Origin: Candidatus Woesearchaeota archaeon | GTDB lineage: Archaea > Nanobdellota > Nanobdellia > Pacearchaeales > GW2011-AR1 | Direction: 5' to 3' | Length of the DNA stretch: 11,565 nt | NCBI GenBank assembly: GCA_964363345.1 | Contig: CAYIHY010000021.1 | Location: forward strand, 1 to 11,565 | Shown here: positions 5,448 to 11,565 of the stretch, one piece after another | Position numbering within the stretch: the first letter of the stretch is position 1 | Layout: every line of letters starts with the position of its first letter | The notes under the pieces: generated by a model | Databases searched by the model: none | What the model was told of the DNA's origin: nothing | The model's input: the letters and a program-made list of their open reading frames with translations, nothing else | Program-made: the position numbers and the translations under genes

Positions 5448-6578
5448 TCATTTGTATTTTTCTTCAACTTCTTCAATAAATTCGTTTAATGTTCCATCAC
5501 GGATTTTTTCTTTTGCTTTTTCTATAAGTTTTGTCAGGAAATATAGATTATGATATGTTGCAAGATTTTTTCCTGTTGGTTCTTCATTAATTAACTGATA
5601 TCTTAAAAATGCTTTTGAATAATTTTTGCAAACAAAACAATCGCAGTTTTCATCTATTGGAGATTTGTCAAATTTGTATTTTTCATTTGTTATTTTTAAA
5701 TTTCCGTTTGAAGTAAAAAGAGTTCCGTGCCTCGCACTTTGAGTTGGCATTCTTGAATCAAATATATCTACCCCGAGAGCAATTCCTCTTAAGATTTCAA
5801 CAGGAGTTCCTATCCCCATTAAATAAATTGGCTTGGTTTCAGGAATGATTTTTTTTGCTAATTTTACTATATTAAATTCTTCTTCTATTGTTTCTCCTAA
5901 CCCAAAACCTCCTATAGAATATCCATCGAAATCTAATTCCAATGTATCACGAACTGATTTTTCTCTTAGTTCTTCAAAAATTCCCCCCTGATTTATTCCA
6001 AATAACAATTGTCTTTTTCCTTTCGGAACATTTTTCCATAATTTATCATGGTGAATCTTGCATCTTTTTGCCCACAAGGAAGTTTTTTCAACTGCTTCTT
6101 CAATTTCTTTTTTTGAATGTTCATACATAGGCATTGAATCCAAACACATTGCAACGTCGCTGTTTATGTCTGCTTGGATTTCCATATCTTTTTCCGGGGT
6201 TATGAATAATTTTTCCCCGTTGATTGGATTTCTGAAATGAATTCCTTCGTTTGTTGATTTTATGTAAATTCTTTTTGAATACATTTGGAATCCTCCGCAA
6301 TCAGTGAAGTTAATCCCCTTGAAATTCATGAACTTTCCAATTCCCCCAAATTTTTTTATTATTTCAGAGCCATCTCTTAAGTAAAGAATAAATGCATTTG
6401 AGATAACTGCCTGAGCTTTCATTTTTTCTATTTCTTGGGTTGTAAGTCCTTTTGTAACCCCTCGTGTTGCAACAGGCATGAAGAATGGAGTTTCAGCTTT
6501 TCCGCTTTTTGTTTTTAGAATTCCAATTCTTGCATTTGTATTTTTATCTTTGTGGGAAATTGTGAAACAGGATGACAT
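5448..6578 (-). CDS. tgt: tRNA-guanine transglycosylase, short bacterial/eukaryotic-type (Tgt-like) catalytic domain without arcTGT C-terminal domains
   Basis: 376-aa ORF. It has '[16 protein letters not shown]', 'FTDCGGFQ' (Asp102-equivalent), '[24 protein letters not shown]', 'YLMGIGTP', '[11 protein letters not shown]' (nucleophile Asp retained) and the zinc site 'CDCFVC...YHNL'. By recall these blocks align almost residue-for-residue with E. coli Tgt. Confidence 0.9.
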   Translation of the reverse strand: [376 protein letters not shown]

Positions 6579-6600
6579 ATAGAAAAATGGCGAAATGAGG

Positions 6601-6610
6601 ATATTTAAAT
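6601..6610 (-). promoter_or_regulatory. TATA-like box for tgt
   Basis: 'atatttaaat' is centred ~27 nt upstream of ATG 6578. Confidence 0.4.
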
Positions 6611-6660
6611 TATTCCCGCCACATTAAAAAGAGAAATAAATATTGTTCTGGCAAATTATT

Positions 6661-6693
6661 TTCTTTCCCGTCCACCCGCCCGAGAGGAAATTT
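6661..6693. repeat. GC-rich ~33-nt repeat element, copy B (intergenic, between the divergent tgt and ORF 6749)
   Basis: 'ttctttcccgtccacccgcccgagaggaaattt' shares 'ccacccgccc' and 'gaggaaattt' at the same spacing with 818..852. Translating its minus-strand frames found only a ~25-codon GTG ORF with no usable ribosome-binding spacing. Confidence 0.6.
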
Positions 6694-6717
6694 GGTATCA
6701 CCTCTTTTTTGTAATAA

Positions 6718-6726
6718 TATTTAAAA
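6718..6726 (+). promoter_or_regulatory. TATA-like box for ORF 6749..7309
   Basis: 'tatttaaaa' is centred ~27 nt upstream of ATG 6749. Confidence 0.4.
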
Positions 6727-6748
6727 GAAAAAGAATTCTTTATTTGTT

Positions 6749-7309
6749 ATGAATAAAAAAGGGAAATCTGGATTGAACACTATTTATTTAATCGTAGGGA
6801 TAATTGTGGGGATTATAGCAATTATAACTTTTTTTCTTGTTTGGGTTCTTCCTAATCTCGGTAAAGTTGTTAGTAATTCCAATGACCCATTTCAAATTTT
6901 AGTTTCTCCAACTTCTATTAATGAAGGACAATATGATAAGATTCCATTTACTATCACAATAATTCCCGATTCTAATTTAAATATAACCTCTTTTGAACTT
7001 CAGAGAAAAAATTTAATTGTAGAAAGATTAAATAAAAATTCTCAAACTTCTGTTTCTCAAGGGTTCTGTTTAACTACCAAATATTATTCTAGTTTAGAAT
7101 GTGGTTATGAGTCTCTTTTTAATTGTCCTCCTTCTAGTTGGGATAATGATTGTAATAAAAGATATGAAGCTTCTGTCGCTTTAGCAGGATGCCCCAATTG
7201 TTTTTATGGAAGTTCTTTTCCATACCAAATAACATTTAATATAATTTATTCAGAAGGCGGAATGAAAAAGACATTTACTAAACAAATACAAATCCCTATT
7301 ATTGATTAG
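6749..7309 (+). CDS. Membrane-anchored or pilin-like-signal protein with a Cys-rich extracytoplasmic domain (hypothetical)
   Basis: 186-aa ORF. The N-terminus 'MNKKGKSG|LNTIYLIVGIIVGIIAIITFFLV' has basic residues, then Gly, then a long hydrophobic stretch, which resembles a class III (type IV pilin-like) signal. Seven Cys fall within ~50 aa ('CLTT..ECGY..NCPP..DCNK..GCPNC'). It ends with TAG 7307..7309. Confidence 0.75.
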   Translation: MNKKGKSGLNTIYLIVGIIVGIIAIITFFLVWVLPNLGKVVSNSNDPFQILVSPTSINEGQYDKIPFTITIIPDSNLNITSFELQRKNLIVERLNKNSQTSVSQGFCLTTKYYSSLECGYESLFNCPPSSWDNDCNKRYEASVALAGCPNCFYGSSFPYQITFNIIYSEGGMKKTFTKQIQIPIID

Positions 7310-8428
7310 TTATAATCCCAATTTCTCAATGAACTTTTCTTTGCTAAATGGTTCTATCTTTTCATATTCCTGTCCTGTGCCGAGATAGAAAATCGGTTTT
7401 TTTGTTACATAGCCGACACTGAGTGCTGTTCCGCCTTTTTCATCAATATCTGCTTTTGTCAAGACAATTCCATCAATTCCAATTGCTTCATCAAAACTTC
7501 TTACTTGTTCAATTGCATCGTTTCCAGTTATGCTTTCTCCGACAAAAATCTTTTTATCTGGCTTGCAGACTTTCACAATTTTTTCCATTTCTCTTAAAAG
7601 ATTTTTTTGTGTGTGCATTCTTCCTGCTGTGTCAATTAAAACGCAGTTAATTGAATTCTTTTTTGCATATTGCACTGCATCAAATCCTACTGCTGCGGGG
7701 TCTGCTCCGTAATCATGAGCAATTACTTTAACGCCGATTTTTTCTCCGTGAGTTTTTATCTGTTCAATTGATGCTGCTCTGAAAGTATCTCCTGCTGCGA
7801 TGACACAAGAAATTTTTTTACTTTTCAAATGCTCTGCAATTTTTGCGATTGTTGTTGTCTTTCCGCTCCCATTTATTCCGCAGAATAAAATAATATAAGG
7901 CTCCTTTTTTTCTCCAAGCAAATTTTTTTCTTTAATTTCTTCAATCAAGTCAGGCGGTGAAATTAAAATTTCCCTAATAATATCTCCGAAAGAAGATTTA
8001 ATCTCTGATTCTATTTCTTTTTTCAAAAGTTCTTTCCCCACTATTTTTTCTTTTAATTCTTTAACCATTTTTTCAGCAACTTCTAATGCAACATTATTCT
8101 CAAGAAGCAGAGTTTCCAATTCCTCACTATAAACATCAAATTCTTTTTCAGAAATCTTTACCTTGGAAATCTTCTCACCAAACTTCTGGAAAATATTTTT
8201 TACTTCCTCTTCAGGCTCTTCCTCTTCAACTACCTTGATTTTCTCTTTATCTTTTTTCTTTTCTTCTTTTTTCTGTTTTGTTTCTTCTTTCTTTTTAGTT
8301 TTCTTTTCTGCTTTCAGCTCTTTTTTTACTTTTTTTTCAATTTCCTTTTCTTCTTTTTCAGTTTCTTCTGAACCTTTAACTAAATTTTTTGTCCAATCTT
8401 TTAGTTTTTCCCTTAATTTTCCAAACAT
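7310..8428 (-). CDS. ftsY: Signal recognition particle receptor FtsY
   Basis: 372-aa ORF. It has a Lys/Glu-rich N-terminal A domain and an NG domain with 'GINGSGKTTT', 'DTAGR' and 'TKADIDEKGG'. The stop codon abuts the stop of 6749..7309 with zero intergenic bases. Confidence 0.95.
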   Translation of the reverse strand: MFGKLREKLKDWTKNLVKGSEETEKEEKEIEKKVKKELKAEKKTKKKEETKQKKEEKKKDKEKIKVVEEEEPEEEVKNIFQKFGEKISKVKISEKEFDVYSEELETLLLENNVALEVAEKMVKELKEKIVGKELLKKEIESEIKSSFGDIIREILISPPDLIEEIKEKNLLGEKKEPYIILFCGINGSGKTTTIAKIAEHLKSKKISCVIAAGDTFRAASIEQIKTHGEKIGVKVIAHDYGADPAAVGFDAVQYAKKNSINCVLIDTAGRMHTQKNLLREMEKIVKVCKPDKKIFVGESITGNDAIEQVRSFDEAIGIDGIVLTKADIDEKGGTALSVGYVTKKPIFYLGTGQEYEKIEPFSKEKFIEKLGL

Positions 8429-8447
8429 AAATATGGAAGATAAGGAG

Positions 8448-8456
8448 AATTTATAT
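8448..8456 (-). promoter_or_regulatory. TATA-like box for ftsY
   Basis: 'aatttatat' is centred ~24 nt upstream of ATG 8428. Confidence 0.4.
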
Positions 8457-8528
8457 GGTTTTCTGGGGAGATATAAATTTTTATAAAGAAGTTTATCCTT
8501 TGAAAAATATGAAAAGAGGACTATTAGA

Positions 8529-9773
8529 ATGAAGGGGATTTTGGTAATTGTTGATGGAATGGGGGATTTGCCTAACTCTCAACTTAGAGAAAAGACGCCT
8601 CTTGAGGTTGCTCACATGCCCAATGCGAATTTTTTGGCCAGCAGGGGAGAATTGGGATATATGTATCCTGTGAAACCGGGTTTTATTCCCGAATCTGACG
8701 AGTCTATTGTTTCTATTTTTGGCAATGAATTAATTTCCAGCACAAGAGGACAGCTTGAGGCAAGAGGAACAGACGTTAAATTAGTAAGAGGAGATTTAGC
8801 TTGGAGAGCTAATTTTGCAACTATTGATTCTTTGAAGGGTGGAAATATTATAGACAGACGGGCAGGAAGAACCTTGAGCACTTCTGAAGCAGAGGCACTG
8901 GCTAAAGCACTGAATAAAAATATAAAACTTTCAGCCCCATTTATTTTCAAACCTACAATCGGGCATAGGGGGGCTTTGGTTTTTAAGGGGGGATTTTCAG
9001 ATAATATTTCGGGAAATGATAATGTTTATTCAATGGGGAAGACAACTATCTCGGGGAAAATAAATTTGTGCAGGCCCCTTGATGAAGAGGATAATTCACA
9101 ATACACTGCAAATGTTGTTAACGAATTTTTGGAAAAATCTTTTGAAGTTTTAAATCATCATCCAATAAATGAGGAGAGGAGAAGAAAGGGATTACTTCCT
9201 GCAAATTATATTTTGGTTCGGGGCGGTGGAATTGAATCTCCTAAATTAAAGCAATATAAAAAATGGGTTTCTGCAGCTTACATGCCTTTGGAAATTGGTT
9301 TTTCGAGAACTGCGGGAATGAAAACTTTTTCTTTTGATTATCCTAAATTGAAAAAAATTGATGTTTATGCCAATCTCTATGAAGGACTTGCGAAAGCGTG
9401 CAAATTTTCTATTTGGGTTTTGAGAAAGAACAGAAAAAAAGCAGATTACGCTTACATTCATATTAAAGAAACAGATTTGCCTGGCCACGACGGGAAACCC
9501 TTTGAAAAAAAAGAAATGCTCGAGTATATTGATAAGACTCTTTTTAATTTTCTTAGAAAATTTTGTCCCCCCAACAAAATAAAAGTTGTAATAACTGCTG
9601 ATCATGCGACTCCGTGCAAACTTAAATCTCATTCAGCTGATCCGGTTCCTGTTCTTTTTTATAATGGTTCAATTCCAAAAGAGAGAAAGTTCAATGAAAT
9701 TGAAGCAAGAAAAGGAACTCTTGGAAGAATTAATGGAAAGGAACTTTTGGTCAAAGTTGGATTTAATAAATAA
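8529..9773 (+). CDS. apgM: 2,3-bisphosphoglycerate-independent phosphoglycerate mutase, archaeal type (ApgM)
   Basis: 414-aa ORF. It has 'ILVIVDGMGD' at the N-terminus, 'IKETDLPGHDG' and 'ITADHATP', the metal/phospho-Ser superfamily motifs typical of ApgM. 'AAGAGGA' at 8514..8520 lies 8 nt before the ATG. Confidence 0.9.
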   Translation: MKGILVIVDGMGDLPNSQLREKTPLEVAHMPNANFLASRGELGYMYPVKPGFIPESDESIVSIFGNELISSTRGQLEARGTDVKLVRGDLAWRANFATIDSLKGGNIIDRRAGRTLSTSEAEALAKALNKNIKLSAPFIFKPTIGHRGALVFKGGFSDNISGNDNVYSMGKTTISGKINLCRPLDEEDNSQYTANVVNEFLEKSFEVLNHHPINEERRRKGLLPANYILVRGGGIESPKLKQYKKWVSAAYMPLEIGFSRTAGMKTFSFDYPKLKKIDVYANLYEGLAKACKFSIWVLRKNRKKADYAYIHIKETDLPGHDGKPFEKKEMLEYIDKTLFNFLRKFCPPNKIKVVITADHATPCKLKSHSADPVPVLFYNGSIPKERKFNEIEARKGTLGRINGKELLVKVGFNK

Positions 9774-9808
9774 AAATAAAAAAATAAAATTAAATAAGTA
9801 TTTTATTA

Positions 9809-10228
9809 TTAATCCTGATTATATTTTTCAAATACTCTGGTTAAATCTTTAACAGAAACCTCTTCTCCACTTTGATATTCTACTCTCGGAAAATTTTTGA
9901 TATGTACATTAAGATGTGAGGGTTCATCTGGTCTTATTATCATATCATTCTCTTTTAATATTTCATATGTTAAATCTTCCTGTTCTCTACTGGAGATAAC
10001 TCTATCTCTATTCTGATCTGCATATTTATGCACTACCTCATTATGGGTTCTTTCAAATTTCTGCTCCTCCACTTTGGAACTCATGCCCCAAATTCCAATT
10101 CCTATCATAGCCGCAACAAGAGACCATCCAACAATTCCAAACCCTATCATAGCTCTGTTAGAGACTTCAGCTTCTGGGGGGGCTGAAACTATTTCGTTAT
10201 ATCGTCTGTCGAATTCTTCTTTACTCAT
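9809..10228 (-). CDS. Hypothetical single-pass membrane protein with an EF-hand-like loop
   Basis: The track ORF starts at ATG 10249 (MKGGYCK..). The second ATG at 10228 (MSKEEF..) is preceded by 'AAGGAGGA' with a 9-nt spacer, and an A/T box at 10253..10264 sits ~25-30 nt upstream, so 10228 is preferred. The TM segment is 'MIGFGIVGWSLVAAMIGIGIWGM'. The loop 'DQNRDRVISSRE' is at 9983..10018. Confidence 0.7.
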   Translation of the reverse strand: MSKEEFDRRYNEIVSAPPEAEVSNRAMIGFGIVGWSLVAAMIGIGIWGMSSKVEEQKFERTHNEVVHKYADQNRDRVISSREQEDLTYEILKENDMIIRPDEPSHLNVHIKNFPRVEYQSGEEVSVKDLTRVFEKYNQD

Positions 10229-10383
10229 TTTACAATATCCTCCTTTCATTTCTATAATTATTATTGAACTTTTTCATTATTTTGCCAAGCACCCCCCCCT
10301 TAAAAATCTTACTAAGTGTAACTACTATAAAATTAATCTGACTTTGAATCTTTAATAAATGATATTTTATCATACGGAAATTG

Positions 10384-10390
10384 TTAAAAA
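10384..10390 (+). promoter_or_regulatory. TATA-like box for the GINS gene
   Basis: 'ttaaaaa' is centred ~25 nt upstream of ATG 10412. Confidence 0.4.
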
Positions 10391-10411
10391 TGGACAATAT
10401 GTTTTATTTTA

Positions 10412-10969
10412 ATGATAACTTACAATGATATCTATGAAGCGTCGCGAAAAGAAAGATATGCTGAACAATTGCAGCCTCTGCCGAAAAATTTTGTGAGCGA
10501 AGTTGCTTCTTATCTTAAAGAGAAAAGAGAAATTGCTTCAAAAGATAATGATGTTTTTTCTGATGTTATTGTCAAGACAAAGAAACAACTTGAGAATGCG
10601 ATAACTCTTTTTAAGGAATTAATTTTAAGAAGAAAAAAGAAAATTCTGAATTTAGTCTTGGTTGCATCTGAGACCGGGATTTCAAAACAGGATTTTGAGA
10701 ATATGCTTTCTTTTGAGAAAACTTTATTTGAAGAGTTTATGAAATCAATTGATGCTTCTGAAAAAATTTTAAATGATTCTCTTAATGGGAATAAAGAAGA
10801 AGAACAGAAAAATGAACTTGTTGTTTTTAGAGAAAATGCCGACGAGTTTATAGGATTGGATGGCGGGAAAATGGGGCCGTATGAAAAAGGACAGATTGCT
10901 AATCTTCCAAAAGAGATTACAAAAATTTTAATTGAATCTGGAAAATGCGAGTTAGTAGAAGGAGATTAG
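10412..10969 (+). CDS. gins51: DNA replication complex GINS subunit, Gins51 (Gins15)-like
   Basis: 185-aa ORF. The helical A domain follows the archaeal Gins51 pattern ('LQPLPKNFVSEVASYL', 'ELILRRKKKILNLVLVA', 'MLSFEKTLFEEF'). The C-terminal B domain is 'VVFRENADEFIGLDGGKMGPYEKGQIANLPKEITKILIESGKCELVE'. Confidence 0.8.
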   Translation: MITYNDIYEASRKERYAEQLQPLPKNFVSEVASYLKEKREIASKDNDVFSDVIVKTKKQLENAITLFKELILRRKKKILNLVLVASETGISKQDFENMLSFEKTLFEEFMKSIDASEKILNDSLNGNKEEEQKNELVVFRENADEFIGLDGGKMGPYEKGQIANLPKEITKILIESGKCELVEGD

Positions 10970-10990
10970 TTATTTTGAAAGACAATATTC

Positions 10991-11000
10991 TTTAAAAATA
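10991..11000 (+). promoter_or_regulatory. TATA-like box for ORF 11020..11286
   Basis: 'tttaaaaata' is centred ~25 nt upstream of ATG 11020. Confidence 0.4.
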
Positions 11001-11019
11001 GTAATTTGATTAAATTTTT

Positions 11020-11286
11020 ATGGTATTAAGATATGGAATAAAAGATTGTGATCATCAATTGAGATATAGAAGTGATGGTTGGGAAGAAGAATGTGTTCCT
11101 GCTATTTGTATTAAATGTGGGGCTTTCGGTTGTGGCTGTGATGCTGAAAAAGCAGGAGTTTCAAAAGAAGTTTTTTTCAAAGAGGATTATACTTCTGTTT
11201 CAAATCCTAACGGAAAATGGGAAAATCCTTATGTTCGAGCAAAAAAAGAAGTTGAAGCAAAAGGACTTGCAAAACTAGTTCAATAA
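11020..11286 (+). CDS. Small Cys-rich hypothetical protein (possible zinc-binding)
   Basis: 88-aa ORF with correctly spaced TATA-like box. It has six Cys in the first 40 aa (C10, C25, C30, C33, C38, C40; 'CIKCGAFGCGC'). The overlapping ORF 11072..11278 is treated as an alternative-frame shadow. Confidence 0.6.
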   Translation: MVLRYGIKDCDHQLRYRSDGWEEECVPAICIKCGAFGCGCDAEKAGVSKEVFFKEDYTSVSNPNGKWENPYVRAKKEVEAKGLAKLVQ

Positions 11287-11313
11287 ATTTATTTCTTATA
11301 ATAAGATTCTATA

Positions 11314-11565
11314 TTATTTTTTATATTTTATCGACTGAATAAAAAGGATTAGCCAAAAAGTTCCGCCGATAAGTCCTGTTATTGCTATAAGATAAAGATG
11401 AAGATTAAAATAAATAAATGCACTGATATATATTCCGATAAAAGTAATTAGAGAAGTAGAACAAGCAACTGTTTTTCTTTTTGCTTTAAATCCGTAAATT
11501 ATCTGCGCGACTAACGCGATATTAAGTATTACCGAGATAATTGCTATTGTTATATCCTGCCACAT
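11314..11565 (-). CDS. Small three-TM membrane protein, possibly PQ-loop/SemiSWEET-like; the start coincides with the window edge and may be partial
   Basis: 83-aa ORF with three hydrophobic segments. 'LVAQIIYGFKAKRKTVACS' loosely matches the PQ-loop pattern (P replaced by A). The ATG is the last three bases of the window, so the true N-terminus cannot be confirmed. Confidence 0.55.
   Translation of the reverse strand: MWQDITIAIISVILNIALVAQIIYGFKAKRKTVACSTSLITFIGIYISAFIYFNLHLYLIAITGLIGGTFWLILFIQSIKYKK

Noticed and set aside
5796-5798. Apparent Asp-to-Glu change at the Tgt catalytic nucleophile ('GTPVE' versus 'GKPED')
   Set aside because: On recounting against Z. mobilis numbering (Tyr258-Leu-Met260 ... 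Asp280), the nucleophile is the Asp of 'MFDCV'. That Asp is conserved here as 'IFDS', so the Glu is at a non-catalytic position.
4128-6240. Short + strand ORFs (4128..4313, 5181..5447, 5942..6130, 6058..6240) inside srp54 and tgt
   Set aside because: They lie antisense to strongly supported conserved genes. Their translations are low-complexity Ser/Phe/Leu-rich, typical of shadows in AT-rich DNA.
4034-8428. srp54 and ftsY lying within 2 kb of each other as a possible functional SRP operon with tgt
   Set aside because: Each gene has its own promoter-like box, an unrelated divergent gene intervenes, and co-location of housekeeping genes in a tiny genome is expected by chance.
7423-8486. + strand ORFs (7423..7650, 7530..7712, 8163..8486) inside ftsY, including a striking Ser/Phe-rich 107-aa ORF
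   Set aside because: The Ser/Phe repeats are simply the reverse complement of the Lys/Glu-rich A domain of FtsY (GAA/AAA codons read as TTC/TTT), so these are shadows.
8612-9852. ORFs 8612..8950 (-), 9246..9632 (-) and 9604..9852 (+) overlapping apgM
   Set aside because: They are antisense or alternative-frame shadows of the well-supported apgM CDS. 9604..9852 runs into the AT-rich convergent spacer and has no promoter.
10074-10355. 93-aa + strand ORF opposite ORF 9809..10228, and ORF 11072..11278 inside 11020..11286
   Set aside because: These are shadow or alternative-frame ORFs. The partner ORFs have proper TATA/SD signals, and these do not.
1-11565. The idea that the contig is bacterial (CPR-like) because of the Tgt and OMP-like genes
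   Set aside because: Bud32 with HGDLTTSN/RGRY, a GINS51-type subunit, the archaeal SRP54 pattern, ApgM and the 24-28 nt TATA-to-ATG spacing all indicate an archaeon. The bacterial-looking genes are better explained as acquisitions.
1-11565. Search for CRISPR repeats, tRNA/rRNA genes, transposase or integrase genes
   Set aside because: I saw no regularly spaced direct repeats, no T-arm/acceptor-like GC-rich ~75-nt segments in the short intergenic regions, and no recombinase-like ORFs. This was done by eye only, so tRNAscan/Infernal would be the definitive check.

Overview
This is an AT-rich (roughly 30% G+C by eye), very gene-dense window that reads as a segment of a small archaeal, DPANN-like chromosome. 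It carries Bud32 (KEOPS kinase), an archaeal-pattern SRP54, FtsY, an archaeal-type cofactor-independent phosphoglycerate mutase and a GINS51-like replication subunit. A/T-rich TATA-like boxes sit 24-28 nt upstream of most start codons, which suggests leaderless transcripts. I recognised no rRNA, tRNA, CRISPR array or transposase. The main accessory signal is at 2509..4005 (-). Hand translation shows that the 273-aa P-loop ORF, the 92-aa TTG ORF and two apparently empty gaps in the ORF track are pieces of one roughly 497-aa gene: AAA+ NTPase, then a winged-helix-like linker, then a TIR domain (an immune-type sensor/effector architecture). The gene is broken by a +1 shift at a G5 run, a compensating -1 shift inside the TIR 'SFAGE' motif, and an in-frame TAG. 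All segments are still stop-free, so this is either a very young pseudogene or a switchable/recoded gene. Other points worth a second look: a signal-peptide-bearing protein that looks like a bacterial outer-membrane beta-barrel (plus a possible decayed paralogue) in an archaeal context; a bacterial-type Tgt rather than archaeosine TGT; a GC-rich ~33-nt element present twice, once as an in-frame insertion in bud32 where it forms a canonical G-quadruplex motif on the sense strand; a symmetric bidirectional promoter; and two perfect palindromes downstream of the TIR gene. All family calls come from motif recognition in the translations, since no database search was possible.
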